This document shows positions 10,059-20,555 of a stretch of 64,000 nucleotides of DNA, in pieces. The stretch comes from an uncultured Nitrospiraceae bacterium (GTDB lineage: Bacteria; Nitrospirota; Nitrospiria; Nitrospirales; Nitrospiraceae), in NCBI GenBank assembly GCA_963846575.1, contig CAWJWJ010000001.1, positions 960,001 to 1,024,000 on the forward strand, given 5' to 3'. The translations under genes and the position numbers were made by a program. The notes beneath the pieces were generated by a model. That model ran no database searches, was not told the DNA's origin, and saw only the letters and a program-made list of their open reading frames with translations. How positions within the stretch are numbered: the stretch's first letter is position 1; each line of letters starts with the position of its first letter.

Positions 10059-10820
10059 ATGAAGTTCGTTTGTTTGAACTGCGAGACCTACATGACGTTT
10101 CAGAAGGTCGAAAAGCCCGGCGAGGGGTCGCTCGGTGTCTTTTTCGGCTGTCCGTCTTGCGATGCCAAGTTCTCAATGGTGACCAATCCAGGCGAGACAC
10201 AAATGGTCGCCTCTCTTGGTGTGAAGCTCGGAGGTCGCACAGAAACGGCTGAACCGTTTGAAATGACTCGCGGGACCCTCAAGGACGAAGCGCAAGCCGG
10301 TGCGGGACAAATGGCGGCCTATCTCAATGAGAAGATTCAAAGTGGAAAGCCTGCCAGCGTTCCGGAGAAACCGAGCGCTCCCGCATCTGCATCCGGTGGG
10401 GAAAAGCCTTCCGGTGGCTGTCCGTTCTCTGCCATGGTGGCCGACATGGGCTTGACGTCCGGCGGCAAGCCGCAAAATGGAAACGGGACGAGCGAATTTA
10501 CCTGGACGGCGGATGCCAAAGAAAAGCTCGAGCGGCTGCCCTCGTTCGTGAAACCGATGGTCCAAAGCAGCGTCGAAGCCTACGCACGCAAGCAGGGGTA
10601 TAAAAGTATCACGCTGCAGGTCATGGACGATTCCAAGAACGATTCGCCCAACGGGATCGCCTGGACCAAAGATGCCGAGCAGCGCATGGACAACATTCCG
10701 GACTTCATTCGCCCGATGGCCCGCCGGGAAATCGAGCGGATTGCGAAGGAACGCGGGCTGACCGAGATCACCGCCCAGGTGATGGATGAAGCCAAAGAGA
10801 AATTCATGAAGTTCATGTAG
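10059..10820 (+). CDS. Zn-ribbon plus two PCP_red-like domains
   Basis: N-terminal CLNC...CPSC, central GCPF, two repeats WT.DA..(L/M)..(L/I)P.F..PM....E..A...G...IT. Confidence 0.8.
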   Translation: MKFVCLNCETYMTFQKVEKPGEGSLGVFFGCPSCDAKFSMVTNPGETQMVASLGVKLGGRTETAEPFEMTRGTLKDEAQAGAGQMAAYLNEKIQSGKPASVPEKPSAPASASGGEKPSGGCPFSAMVADMGLTSGGKPQNGNGTSEFTWTADAKEKLERLPSFVKPMVQSSVEAYARKQGYKSITLQVMDDSKNDSPNGIAWTKDAEQRMDNIPDFIRPMARREIERIAKERGLTEITAQVMDEAKEKFMKFM

Positions 10821-10831
10821 CTGACGAATGC

Positions 10832-11668
10832 ATGCGTGAGATGAGTGCCTGGCCCATCCGGCCGTCCGGGTGGGCCGTTCCATTCCCGCCGATTTTCTTC
10901 TCTCGACGGTTTTTTTGTCTGGGACATGCGGGGCTGCGGCTCCTAGCCATTTTCTGCCTGCTCTCCGTTGTAGGGGATCCTTCCTCCGGCCTGGCACAGC
11001 ATGGGGAGCAGGGCCATGCCCCTGTTGCCGCGGAACATGCGCACCACCAGGGAAGCGGGACAACCACGTCCTGGGAGGGGTCTGTCCAGGGTATCGCCTA
11101 TTCTGAATTCAATCATCACCTGGCCGGAATTTTTCTCCTTCTGATCGGATTGAGCGAAATCCGTCAAGCGCTTGGATGGCCGGCGCTGGTGTGGACCAGG
11201 TTTCTGCTACCCGGCGCCCTGACCGTGGGAGGGATATTCCTCCTTGTTTGGAGTGATCACGATTCCTGGCCGATCGGGTCGCTGACCTTCACGCAAACAT
11301 ACTTCGGGGGCGATGCGGAGATTTTGCAGCACAAGGCCTATGGCATTCTGGCAGTCACGGTAGGGACAGTCGAACTCCTGAGACGGCTTGGCTGGTTTGC
11401 CCATGCAGCTTGGATGGTGCCCCTGCCGCTCTTTGCGATCGTAGGCGGTCTCATGCTGTTCAGCCACTCTCACGGGGATCATCCCGGTGCACACAGGATC
11501 GCATTGCACCATGCCATCATGGGAACCATGGCCATCACTGCGGGGTCTTCAAAATTGGTCTCCGGATGGCGAGGACCACAGCTCATGAGGGAGCGTTCTT
11601 ACTGGGAGCTCCTTTGGGCCAGTCTGGTACTGGTGATCGGACTGCAGTTGCTCATCTATTCCGAGTAA
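10832..11668 (+). CDS. His-rich multi-pass membrane protein
   Basis: Several hydrophobic segments; His clusters HAHHQ, NHH, HSHGDH, LHH; start uncertain. Confidence 0.75.
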   Translation: MREMSAWPIRPSGWAVPFPPIFFSRRFFCLGHAGLRLLAIFCLLSVVGDPSSGLAQHGEQGHAPVAAEHAHHQGSGTTTSWEGSVQGIAYSEFNHHLAGIFLLLIGLSEIRQALGWPALVWTRFLLPGALTVGGIFLLVWSDHDSWPIGSLTFTQTYFGGDAEILQHKAYGILAVTVGTVELLRRLGWFAHAAWMVPLPLFAIVGGLMLFSHSHGDHPGAHRIALHHAIMGTMAITAGSSKLVSGWRGPQLMRERSYWELLWASLVLVIGLQLLIYSE

Positions 11669-11881
11669 ACTTCCTGCCGCGCTTCGGACCTCGCGCTTCG
11701 ACCCGGTGCCACCCCGCTTCGAGCCAGGCTAGTCCGTTATTCGCAGCAGTCGGCGAGGGGTGCCCATGTCCCTGCGTTGACAGCCTCGCCGGGTCTGTGT
11801 TAGCTGTAATTTTTTGAGATGGAAATTCGGTGCGGGCCAGGCCGGCACGAAAGCGTCCCGGTCCTGGAAAGAGGAGTCGCC

Positions 11882-12637
11882 ATGGGTGGCCATAGTCATT
11901 GGGCAACGATCAAGCGCCATAAGTCGGCTGTCGACGCGAAGCGGGGGAAGGTTTTTACCCGCATTATTCGGGAGTTGACGATTGCCGCGCGGTCCGGTGG
12001 TGATCCTGACGGGAACCCGCGGCTGCGATTGGCGATTGCCAAGGCCAAAGAAGCCAACATGCCTGGCGACAACATGAAGAAGGCGATCCAACGCGGGACT
12101 GGCGAACTCCCGGGTGTGACCTATGAAGAGTTTACGCTGGAGGGATACGGTCCAGGCGGCACGGCAGTGTTAATGGAAATTACTTCGGATAACCGCAATC
12201 GCACGGTGGCTGAAATCCGTAATTTGTTGACCAAGAACGGCGGGAACATGGCGGAGGCCGGAGCCGTAGCCTGGCAGTTTCACAAAAAAGGCATGTTGGT
12301 GGTCGAAAAAGGAAAGGTCGAAGAGGACGCACTTCTGACCATTGCGTTGGATGCCGGTGCCGAAGATGTCAAAGTGACCGACAAAGCCTTTGAGGTGCTG
12401 ACCAGCCCGCACGATTTCGAGGCGGTCAAGAAAGCCCTGAGCGACGCAAAAATTGAGTGCGCGCTTGCCGAATTAAATTTCATCCCCCAGAATACGATCG
12501 CGCTGGATGAGCGACCGGCCGAACAGATGTTGAAGCTCATGGAGATTCTCGACGAACATGATGATGTGCAGAAGGTCCACGCGAACTTCGACATTTCTGA
12601 CGAAGTCATGGAAAAGGTTGCTGCAGCCACCGCCTAA
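11882..12637 (+). CDS. yebC: YebC/PmpR family protein
   Basis: MGGHSHWATIKRHK, GDPDGNPRLR, EGYGPGG, DDVQKVHANF; AGGAG RBS. Confidence 0.95.
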   Translation: MGGHSHWATIKRHKSAVDAKRGKVFTRIIRELTIAARSGGDPDGNPRLRLAIAKAKEANMPGDNMKKAIQRGTGELPGVTYEEFTLEGYGPGGTAVLMEITSDNRNRTVAEIRNLLTKNGGNMAEAGAVAWQFHKKGMLVVEKGKVEEDALLTIALDAGAEDVKVTDKAFEVLTSPHDFEAVKKALSDAKIECALAELNFIPQNTIALDERPAEQMLKLMEILDEHDDVQKVHANFDISDEVMEKVAAATA

Positions 12638-12718
12638 TCCGGGAGTCTCGGAACTGAGAATCATACCTCTCCCAGCGCATTCAACCCTCCGAATGTCTCC
12701 TTCCCAACTGCCGGTGTC

Positions 12719-13327
12719 ATGATCGCCTTACTGACAGGCCTTTTGGCCTTCAAGGCGCCTTCGCAAGTCACGCTGGATGTCCATGGCGTCGGCTACGAAG
12801 TGTTGATTCCGCTCAGCACCTATTATTCGCTGCCTAATCCGCACGATCCCGTGACGCTGAACATCCATACCCACGTGCGGGAAGACGCGATCCAGCTCTA
12901 TGGTTTTTTGACCATCCCGGAGAAAGAGGCCTTTCTCCTGTTGACCGGGATTTCCGGAATCGGGCCCAAATTGGGCCTGAGCGTACTTTCGACCCTGTCT
13001 GTTCGTGACCTGTTTGCTGCTATTCAAGCGAGCGATACAGAGAAACTGGGAACGGTTTCCGGTATCGGGAAGAAATCAGCTGCGAGAATCGCCCTGGAAT
13101 TGAAAGACAAGGTGACGCGCCTGCATCGTGCAGGTGACGCGGTCGAATCCGAGAGTGCAGCGGTGAATAATCCTCTTTATGAAGACGCCTTGTCGGCTCT
13201 GGTTAATCTTGGCTATCGACTTCAGGATGTGAAAGACACACTCAAAAGAATCGAGAAGGCGGGGAATGCGTCGCAAGGGTTGAAAGACGTTATTCGTGAG
13301 GCACTCAAAGATCTTGCCAAGGGGTGA
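12719..13327 (+). CDS. ruvA: Holliday junction branch migration protein RuvA
   Basis: GVGYEV, HTHVREDA..LYGF, GIGPK, GIGKKSAARI.LELK, ALVNLGY. Confidence 0.96.
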   Translation: MIALLTGLLAFKAPSQVTLDVHGVGYEVLIPLSTYYSLPNPHDPVTLNIHTHVREDAIQLYGFLTIPEKEAFLLLTGISGIGPKLGLSVLSTLSVRDLFAAIQASDTEKLGTVSGIGKKSAARIALELKDKVTRLHRAGDAVESESAAVNNPLYEDALSALVNLGYRLQDVKDTLKRIEKAGNASQGLKDVIREALKDLAKG

Positions 13328-13330
13328 TGC

Positions 13331-13834
13331 ATGACGACAACATCTCGAGCAGGATGGACCTGTGGCCGATTCATGGGCATGGTGGGACTCTCGCTCTGTG
13401 GACTGGTGATATGGGCCGGTGCAGCCAGCCTGGCTCGCGCGACTGAGGGGGAGGAGCCCAAGTCCATTCGCAAGACCTGCGGAGCTTGTCCGGAAGGGTA
13501 TGCAACGACCGGGGTGACCAGTGCTCCTGAACTTTGCAAGAATGGGGACCCGGTTTTGGTGCAATGCGTGCCGGTCGGTGGCAATATGCTGTCGGTGTGC
13601 GGTCCCTGCCCGGAAGGCTACGGGGAGGTGGGCCATTCCAATGTTCCGTCGCGTTGCGGATCCAAGGATGGGGGGCTGGTGTCGCAGTGCCAGTTATTGC
13701 AGATGGGAGCGAACCTGCCGGATCCCAATCAAGGTGGAGTGAAGTGCCCACCGGATTGCGGAAGCACGGCAGCGGCTGGAGCCGGAGCCGGCCCGCCACC
13801 CCCAAAGTTCAGACCCTCACCCGAACCCAAATGA
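13331..13834 (+). CDS. Exported Cys-rich hypothetical protein
   Basis: Signal-like N-terminus; two CG.CPEGY...G....P..C...D..LV.QC repeats; sits tightly between ruvA and ruvB. Confidence 0.75.
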   Translation: MTTTSRAGWTCGRFMGMVGLSLCGLVIWAGAASLARATEGEEPKSIRKTCGACPEGYATTGVTSAPELCKNGDPVLVQCVPVGGNMLSVCGPCPEGYGEVGHSNVPSRCGSKDGGLVSQCQLLQMGANLPDPNQGGVKCPPDCGSTAAAGAGAGPPPPKFRPSPEPK

Positions 13835-13865
13835 CAGGGAGATGGCGTAGGTCGGGGATGTTCTC

Positions 13866-14903
13866 ATGTCAGATCGCACTGTGACCAACCAGTTGACCGA
13901 CGAGGAGCGTGGCATCGAGGCGGCGCTCCGTCCGCAGAGCCTCCGCGAATATGTCGGGCAGTCGCGTATGAAGGAGGCGTTGGAGATCTGCATCGAGGCC
14001 GCCAAGCGCCGCGGTGAAGCCTTGGATCACGCCATTTTCTACGGTCCGCCAGGGCTTGGCAAGACCACCATTGCCCACATCATCGCACGCGAGATGGGGT
14101 CGGCCATCCGGTCCACCTCAGGCCTGGTCCTGAGTCATGCCGGCGATCTCGCCGCGATCCTGACCAATATGCAAGAACGGGATGTCCTGTTCATTGATGA
14201 AATCCATCGACTGCCAGCTTCAGTCGAGGAAGCGCTCTATCCCGCGATGGAAGATTACCAGCTTGACCTCGTGGTCGGGCAGGGGGCCTCGACCAGGACC
14301 ATCAAGTTGGAATTGCCCCGGTTCACGCTCGTGGGGGCCACGACCAGAGCGGGGGCCTTGACCTCGCCCTTGCGGGATCGGTTCGGGCTTGTTCACAGGC
14401 TGGAGTTCTACTCTGCCCAGGAACTCACGGCCATTGTCACGCGCTCGGCCGGATTGCTCAATATCCCGATCGACGAGGCGGGCGCCGCAGAGATTGCGCG
14501 GCGAGCTCGAGGAACGCCGCGGATCGTGAACCGTTTGATTAAACGAATCAGGGACTATGCCGAAATCAAGGCCGAAGGGCGGATCAATCGACAGGTGGCC
14601 CAGGATGCCTTGGTCTGGCTGGCCGTGGACATCGCCGGGCTGGATGAGATGGACCGGAAGATTCTTCTCACCGTCATCGAGAAGTTTAAGGGCGGTCCGG
14701 TCGGGGTGGACTCCTTGGCTGCAGCCGTGCAGGAGGATAAGGGGACGTTAGAGGATGTGTACGAACCCTATTTGATTCAGGCCGGCTTCCTGGAGCGGAC
14801 TGGCAGAGGGCGTCAGGCGACCAGATTGGCGTTTGAGCATTTCAAAAAACCGAAAGATCTCCTGTCCCTCGCCGATGAGAGCACATCGATCACAACTCCT
14901 TGA
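13866..14903 (+). CDS. ruvB: Holliday junction helicase RuvB
   Basis: [39 protein letters not shown]. Confidence 0.97.
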   Translation: MSDRTVTNQLTDEERGIEAALRPQSLREYVGQSRMKEALEICIEAAKRRGEALDHAIFYGPPGLGKTTIAHIIAREMGSAIRSTSGLVLSHAGDLAAILTNMQERDVLFIDEIHRLPASVEEALYPAMEDYQLDLVVGQGASTRTIKLELPRFTLVGATTRAGALTSPLRDRFGLVHRLEFYSAQELTAIVTRSAGLLNIPIDEAGAAEIARRARGTPRIVNRLIKRIRDYAEIKAEGRINRQVAQDALVWLAVDIAGLDEMDRKILLTVIEKFKGGPVGVDSLAAAVQEDKGTLEDVYEPYLIQAGFLERTGRGRQATRLAFEHFKKPKDLLSLADESTSITTP

Positions 14904-15042
14904 AAGCCAACGCCTATCCTTGCAATGGGCTTGGTGGCTCCTGTAGGATACTCACTTGCCAAAGTTCCCGAAGTGAACCCGGGCTCATTTCACGAACACT
15001 CCTTTCTAGAGGCAGGCTCCGCGAGGAGGACATCCCCCCATC

Positions 15043-16119
15043 ATGTCGGAAGATTTGCGAGAACATCGGCAAGAAATAGACCGGATCGACGACCAGATTT
15101 TGCGCCTCTTAAACGAGCGTTCGAAGTCCGTGATCGAAATCGGCAAACTCAAGAAGTTGAAGGATGCCGAGGCCCCTCTCCACACGCCGGCCCGTGAGGC
15201 GGCGATTTTCGACCGGCTCAGCCAGCAAAACACGGGACCGTTTCCCACCGATGCCATTCGAGCGGTGTATCGGGAAATCATGTCTGCGTCATTATCCTTG
15301 GAGGGACCGCAGAAGGTCGCCTACCTCGGCCCGCGGGCTACATTTACCCACATGGCTTGTATGCAGAAATTCGGGTCCTCTGCGCAATACATGCCCGTGA
15401 ACAGTATCAAAGATGTGTTCAGCGAAGTGGAGCGGGGCCGGGCGCATTTTGGAGTGGTACCGATCGAGAACACCACTGAAGGCGTCGTGAACCACACTCT
15501 CGATATGTTCATCGATTCCAGCCTCTTGATCTACGGGGAGGTCTTGCAGGAGGTGGCCCACCATCTGCTGTCCAAGAACGGGGCGATCGGGGATATCACG
15601 AGAATCTATTCGCATCCCCATGCCATTGCGCAATGCCGGAACTGGCTGGAAACGAATCTGCCGCGCGTGCCGGCATCCGAGGTCGCCAGTACCGCCCGGG
15701 CCGCCGAGTTGTGTGTCGACGATCCGTCGGCTGCCGCCATCGCCTCGGAACTGGCATCGCAGTTATACGGCCTGAAGGTGATCACGGCCCGGATCGAGGA
15801 TAACATCAATAACTTCACGCGCTTTTTAGTGTTGTCGCAGAAGCCGCCGGAGCGAACCGGTCGAGATAAGACCTCGCTGATGTTGTCGATCAAGGACAAG
15901 GTAGGCGCGCTGTATGACCTGTTACGGCCCTTTGCCTCTCACGGTCTCAATATGACCAAGATCGAATCTCGTCCGTCTCGACGGAAGGCCTGGGAATATA
16001 TTTTCTTCGTGGATATTGAAGGCCACATTGACGAGGAACGGGTCAAAAAGGCGGCCGAAGAGGTAAAAAGCCGCTGTTTATTCATGAAAATACTTGGGTC
16101 CTATCCTGCCCACTCGTGA
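15043..16119 (+). CDS. pheA: Chorismate mutase/prephenate dehydratase
   Basis: N-terminal chorismate mutase RQEIDRID; VPIEN, NFTRF, TKIESRPS ACT domain. Confidence 0.96.
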   Translation: MSEDLREHRQEIDRIDDQILRLLNERSKSVIEIGKLKKLKDAEAPLHTPAREAAIFDRLSQQNTGPFPTDAIRAVYREIMSASLSLEGPQKVAYLGPRATFTHMACMQKFGSSAQYMPVNSIKDVFSEVERGRAHFGVVPIENTTEGVVNHTLDMFIDSSLLIYGEVLQEVAHHLLSKNGAIGDITRIYSHPHAIAQCRNWLETNLPRVPASEVASTARAAELCVDDPSAAAIASELASQLYGLKVITARIEDNINNFTRFLVLSQKPPERTGRDKTSLMLSIKDKVGALYDLLRPFASHGLNMTKIESRPSRRKAWEYIFFVDIEGHIDEERVKKAAEEVKSRCLFMKILGSYPAHS

Positions 16120-16134
16120 GGATGACGTAACACC

Positions 16135-17220
16135 ATGGCGTTGAAGGTCCACCCCGATATTGCCTCCCTCGTTCCCTACGTTCCCGGAAAACCCATCGAA
16201 GAACTACAGCGAGAATTGGGATTGCCGCGCGCGATCAAGCTGGCGTCCAATGAAAACCCCATCGGGCCCTCCCCCAAGGCTCTTGCCGTTCTCGCCGAGG
16301 CCGCCCCGACTCTGCACCGGTATCCCGACGGCGGGGCATTCCGTTTGCGGGGAGCGCTGGCCGACCGCTGGAAAGTGACGCCGGATCACGTGATTCTGGG
16401 TAACGGGTCGGATGAATTGATCGGGCTTCTCGCGCGAACCTTCCTGGCCCCGGGTGATGAGGCCGTGATGGCGGAGCATACGTTTGTCATTTATAAGATG
16501 GAAGTGAAGGCCGCTCACGGAGTGGCGGTTGAAGTGCCGCAGAAGAAGTGGCATCACGACCTTTCCGCGATGGCTGACGCGATCACCGGCAAGACTCGCC
16601 TCCTTTTCGTCTGCAATCCGAACAATCCGACCGGCACCATGTCCACGAAAGCCGAGATAGCCGCGCTGATGGCGCGGGTGCCTGAGCATGTCGTGGTGGT
16701 TTTCGACGAAGCCTATTATGAATATGTCCGGCATCCCGAGTTTCCTGACTCCCTCGACTACGTGAGGACCGGGCGCCCTGCCATCGTCCTGCGGACCTTT
16801 TCGAAGATTTACGGATTGGCCGGACTGCGCATCGGGTATGGGATCACGACCCCTGAAATCACCGACTATCTCAACCGAATCCGCCCGCCGTTCAATGCGA
16901 ACAGCATGGCGCAACGGGCTGCCCTTGCGGCCCTGGGCGATGAGGCGCACGTGACTGCGAGTCGAAGTCTCAATCACGCGGAGATGGACAAGGTGCGGAC
17001 GGGTTTGGCGCGTCTCGGGTTCGAGGCCTTGCCGAGTGAGACTAATTTTCTCTATTTCGATGCCGGGAGAGATGGCCGGGAAGTGTTCAACGCCCTGCTG
17101 CGAGAGGGCATCATCGTACGCCATATCGAGGGTCGGATGTTGAGAGTGACCATCGGCCTCCCCCAAGAAAATGAATTATTCCTGAGCGCGCTCGAAAAAG
17201 TAACGCGCGCGGCGCGATAA
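16135..17220 (+). CDS. hisC: Histidinol-phosphate aminotransferase
   Basis: YVPGKP, KLASNENP, NPNNPTG, DEAY, RTFSKIYGLAGLRIGY. Confidence 0.96.
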   Translation: MALKVHPDIASLVPYVPGKPIEELQRELGLPRAIKLASNENPIGPSPKALAVLAEAAPTLHRYPDGGAFRLRGALADRWKVTPDHVILGNGSDELIGLLARTFLAPGDEAVMAEHTFVIYKMEVKAAHGVAVEVPQKKWHHDLSAMADAITGKTRLLFVCNPNNPTGTMSTKAEIAALMARVPEHVVVVFDEAYYEYVRHPEFPDSLDYVRTGRPAIVLRTFSKIYGLAGLRIGYGITTPEITDYLNRIRPPFNANSMAQRAALAALGDEAHVTASRSLNHAEMDKVRTGLARLGFEALPSETNFLYFDAGRDGREVFNALLREGIIVRHIEGRMLRVTIGLPQENELFLSALEKVTRAAR

Positions 17221-17238
17221 GGAAAGCGAGACGAGACC

Positions 17239-18252
17239 ATGATTATCGTTTTGAAACCCGAAGCCTCGGAACGGGAAGTCGATCACATCATTGATCGTCT
17301 TCGCGAACTGGGATTGAAGTCGCATATATCGACCGGTCAGGAGCGGACGATCATCGGGGTCATCGGGGATGATCGGATTCTGCACAACCAGCCGCTGACC
17401 GCCTTGCCCGGGGTCGAGAGTGTGTTGCCGATTCTGGCTCCCTGGAAGTTGGTCAGCAGGGAGTTCAAAAAAGAGAACACCATCATCGATGTCAATGGAG
17501 TCAAAATCGGAGATAAGAAGATTATCATCATGGCGGGTCCTTGCGCGGTCGAGCGATTGGAATTGACCGTGGGAATCGCGCATGAGGTCAAGTCGTCGGG
17601 GGCCACCGTTTTGCGAGGCGGGGCCTACAAGCCGCGGACGTCACCCTATTCGTTTCAGGGGTTAGGGCGAGAAGGATTGGATTATTTGGTCGAGGCGAAG
17701 AAACAGACCGGGCTTCCGGTGGTGAGTGAGATTCTGGATACGCGCGACATCGAACTGTTCCTCGAGAAGGCGGACATCATCCAGATCGGCGCCAGGAACA
17801 TGCAGAACTTTGAGTTATTGAAGGAAGTCGGTGCCTACGATAAACCGGTGCTGCTGAAACGCGGCCTATCGGCTACGATCAAGGAGTTTCTGCTCTCCGC
17901 CGAGTACATCATGTCCCGCGGCAATCGCAATGTGATGTTGTGCGAGCGGGGTATCCGTACGTTTGAAACGCAGTATCGGAACACCCTCGATCTCGCGGCC
18001 ATTCCGACCCTCAAAGATCTCTCGCATCTGCCGGTGATCGTCGATCCCAGCCATGCGACCGGCAAGTGGGATTTGGTGGCACCCATGTCAAAGGCGGCGA
18101 TCGCAGCAGGGGCCGACGGACTTCTGATCGAAGTGCATTCCAATCCCGAGTGCGCCCTCTGCGATGGAGAAGAATCGATACGGCCGTCGAAGTTCAAGGA
18201 ATTGATGGGAAATTTGCGAAGGATTTCCGCGGCGGTTGATCGGACGATTTGA
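17239..18252 (+). CDS. aroF: DAHP synthase (class I-beta)
   Basis: AGPCAVE, GGAYKPRTSPYSFQGLG, QIGARNMQNF, DPSH. Confidence 0.96.
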   Translation: MIIVLKPEASEREVDHIIDRLRELGLKSHISTGQERTIIGVIGDDRILHNQPLTALPGVESVLPILAPWKLVSREFKKENTIIDVNGVKIGDKKIIIMAGPCAVERLELTVGIAHEVKSSGATVLRGGAYKPRTSPYSFQGLGREGLDYLVEAKKQTGLPVVSEILDTRDIELFLEKADIIQIGARNMQNFELLKEVGAYDKPVLLKRGLSATIKEFLLSAEYIMSRGNRNVMLCERGIRTFETQYRNTLDLAAIPTLKDLSHLPVIVDPSHATGKWDLVAPMSKAAIAAGADGLLIEVHSNPECALCDGEESIRPSKFKELMGNLRRISAAVDRTI

Positions 18253-18311
18253 TCGTCGTGGCATGGTTCTGCCCGGACCGTACGGGATGTAGGAAGACCG
18301 GAAGTTATTGA

Positions 18312-19208
18312 ATGATGAGACCACATTTCAAGCAGGTCGCGATTGTCGGGGTCGGTCTGATCGGCGGATCGTTGGGCATGATCATGCGCCGGCAGGGGCT
18401 GGTCGACTCCGTCGTCGGCATCGGGCGGCGCGTGGAAAATCTCAGGACGGCCGTGGAACTAGGCGCCATCGATCGATACGTCTCGGATCCCCGTGAAGGG
18501 GTCGAAGGAGCGGATTTCGTGCTCCTGGCTACTCCGGTGGACACGTATGAGCGACATCTGCAGGAATGGGCGGCCTGCCTCAAACCAGGGACGATTGTCA
18601 CCGACGTCGGGAGCGTGAAGGGCGAGCTGGTCACACGGGCGGAAGCGCTGATGCCTCCCGCGGTGCGGTTTGTGGGTGCGCATCCGATCGCCGGCAAGGA
18701 AAAGACCGGCGTCGCGGCAGGGTCGGAGACGCTTTTTACCGGCGCCCGTTGTATTCTCACGCCGACCTCCAAGACGGACCCCGAGGCGCTGAACCGGGTG
18801 CGTGCGCTCTGGGAGCTCGCCGGCTCGATCGTGCTGGAAATGGATCCCTTTCTGCACGACAAGATTCTCGGAGCCGTCAGCCATCTACCGCATGTAGCGG
18901 CATTTGCCTTAATGACGGCGCTTGCAGATGTGCGTGACCATGGCGTGCCGGAGCTCGATCTGGCCGGTCATTCGGGTGGAGGTTTGCGGGACACGACGCG
19001 CATTGCTGCGAGTTCACCCGAGATGTGGCGGGACATTTTCATCTGGAATCGGGACAACCTCGTCCGCTTGATCGAGACGTATGAGCGCCATCTCGGCGAA
19101 ATGAAGCGGCTGATCGCCTCTGGTGATGCGGCGGGCATCGAGAAACAGCTCGAACAGGCGAAGCACGAGCGGGAGCAACTCACTGCACGGGTGCCGGGGA
19201 AGGTATAG
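18312..19208 (+). CDS. tyrA: Prephenate/arogenate dehydrogenase
   Basis: GVGLIGGS, TDVGSVK, HPIAGKE, SHLPH, DTTRIAASSPEMW. Confidence 0.95.
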   Translation: MMRPHFKQVAIVGVGLIGGSLGMIMRRQGLVDSVVGIGRRVENLRTAVELGAIDRYVSDPREGVEGADFVLLATPVDTYERHLQEWAACLKPGTIVTDVGSVKGELVTRAEALMPPAVRFVGAHPIAGKEKTGVAAGSETLFTGARCILTPTSKTDPEALNRVRALWELAGSIVLEMDPFLHDKILGAVSHLPHVAAFALMTALADVRDHGVPELDLAGHSGGGLRDTTRIAASSPEMWRDIFIWNRDNLVRLIETYERHLGEMKRLIASGDAAGIEKQLEQAKHEREQLTARVPGKV

Positions 19209-19214
19209 GCGAGA

Positions 19215-20543
19215 TTGTCGTCCCTGACCATTACACCGGGCCGTCCGCTGAAGGGCACGATCACCGTGCCGGGCGACAAGTCTGTTACGCATCGGGCCAT
19301 CATCCTCACGGCGCTCGCCGAAGGGGTCAGTGCCGTGACGGATTATTGTCGCGGTGAGGATTGCCTCAATACCATGCGGGCATTTCAATCGCTGGGCGTG
19401 CGAATCGAAGAGACGCCCGAGCGGTTGCTCGTGCATGGGAAGGGCATGTGGGGCCTTACCGAACCGCTCGGCCCGATTGATTGCGGCAATTCCGGCACCG
19501 GCATTCGGCTGATGACAGGACTCTTGGCAGGGCAGGACTTTTTCACGGTGCTCACCGGGGACGAGTCAATCCGACGGCGACCGATGGGTCGCGTCGTAAA
19601 ACCGTTGCGGGGGATGGGCGCGGCGATCGCGGGCCGAAAAGGCGGAGAACTGGCGCCATTGGCGATTTCCGGTACGCGTCTGACCGGCATGGCCTATTCA
19701 TCGCCGGTTGCGAGCGCACAAATCAAATCGTCCCTGCTGTTTGCCGCCCTTTACGCCCACGGTACGACGACTATTTCAGAACCACGGCTTTCACGGGATC
19801 ATACCGAGCGCATGTTTGCCTATTTCGGGATTCCGCTCCAGCGTGAAGGTTGCAGGGTGCAGATCGAGGGTCGTCCTGCAGTGCGATGGAGCGGCCGGAC
19901 TGTGGTGGTGCCGGGGGATCTTTCCGCCGCCGCATTTTTTCTGGTTGGTGCGTTGATCGTGCCTGATTCCGATGTGACACTTCGCGCCGTCGGCATCAAT
20001 CCGACTCGGACCGGCCTCTTAGAGATTCTGCGTCAGATGGGGGCCCGCATCGACGTGCTGAATCCACGGGAGGAGGCTGGTGAACCGGTCGCCGATTTGC
20101 GGGTACGTGCGATGCCTCTACGAGGGGTTACAATCGGTCCGGAGCAGATTCCTCAGACCATCGATGAATTTCCGATTCTCTGCGTGGCTGCGGCCGTGGC
20201 TGAGGGAGACACGATCATCACCGGTGCTGAGGAGTTGAGAGTCAAGGAAAGCGACCGGATTGCAACCATGGCGACCGAACTGCGCGCGATGGGAGCAGGT
20301 ATCGAGGAGCGGCCCGACGGAATGGTGATACGGGGGTTGGGACGCAAAGGAGAGAACGGATCGCTCACCGGTGCGACGTGCAGGAGTCATGGCGACCATC
20401 GTGTGGCCATGTCTGTCGCGATTGGGGCCTTGACTGCTGCCCACCCGACCCTCATTGAGGATACGGGCTGCATCGAGACGTCGTTTCCCAATTTCGATCG
20501 AACGTTAGCAGACCTTGTGGATGACTCTCACGGACGACCATAG
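19215..20543 (+). CDS. aroA: EPSP synthase
   Basis: PGDKSVTHR, DCGNSGT, SAQIKS, RDHTE, ELRVKESDRI, DHRVAM. Confidence 0.97.
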   Translation: MSSLTITPGRPLKGTITVPGDKSVTHRAIILTALAEGVSAVTDYCRGEDCLNTMRAFQSLGVRIEETPERLLVHGKGMWGLTEPLGPIDCGNSGTGIRLMTGLLAGQDFFTVLTGDESIRRRPMGRVVKPLRGMGAAIAGRKGGELAPLAISGTRLTGMAYSSPVASAQIKSSLLFAALYAHGTTTISEPRLSRDHTERMFAYFGIPLQREGCRVQIEGRPAVRWSGRTVVVPGDLSAAAFFLVGALIVPDSDVTLRAVGINPTRTGLLEILRQMGARIDVLNPREEAGEPVADLRVRAMPLRGVTIGPEQIPQTIDEFPILCVAAAVAEGDTIITGAEELRVKESDRIATMATELRAMGAGIEERPDGMVIRGLGRKGENGSLTGATCRSHGDHRVAMSVAIGALTAAHPTLIEDTGCIETSFPNFDRTLADLVDDSHGRP

Positions 20544-20555
20544 AGCGAGGATTAC

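Noticed and set aside
16204..17166. Long antisense ORFs (also 59286-60437, 10173-11063, 22982-23746 and others)
   Set aside because: Shadow frames of well-supported genes, expected in GC-rich DNA.
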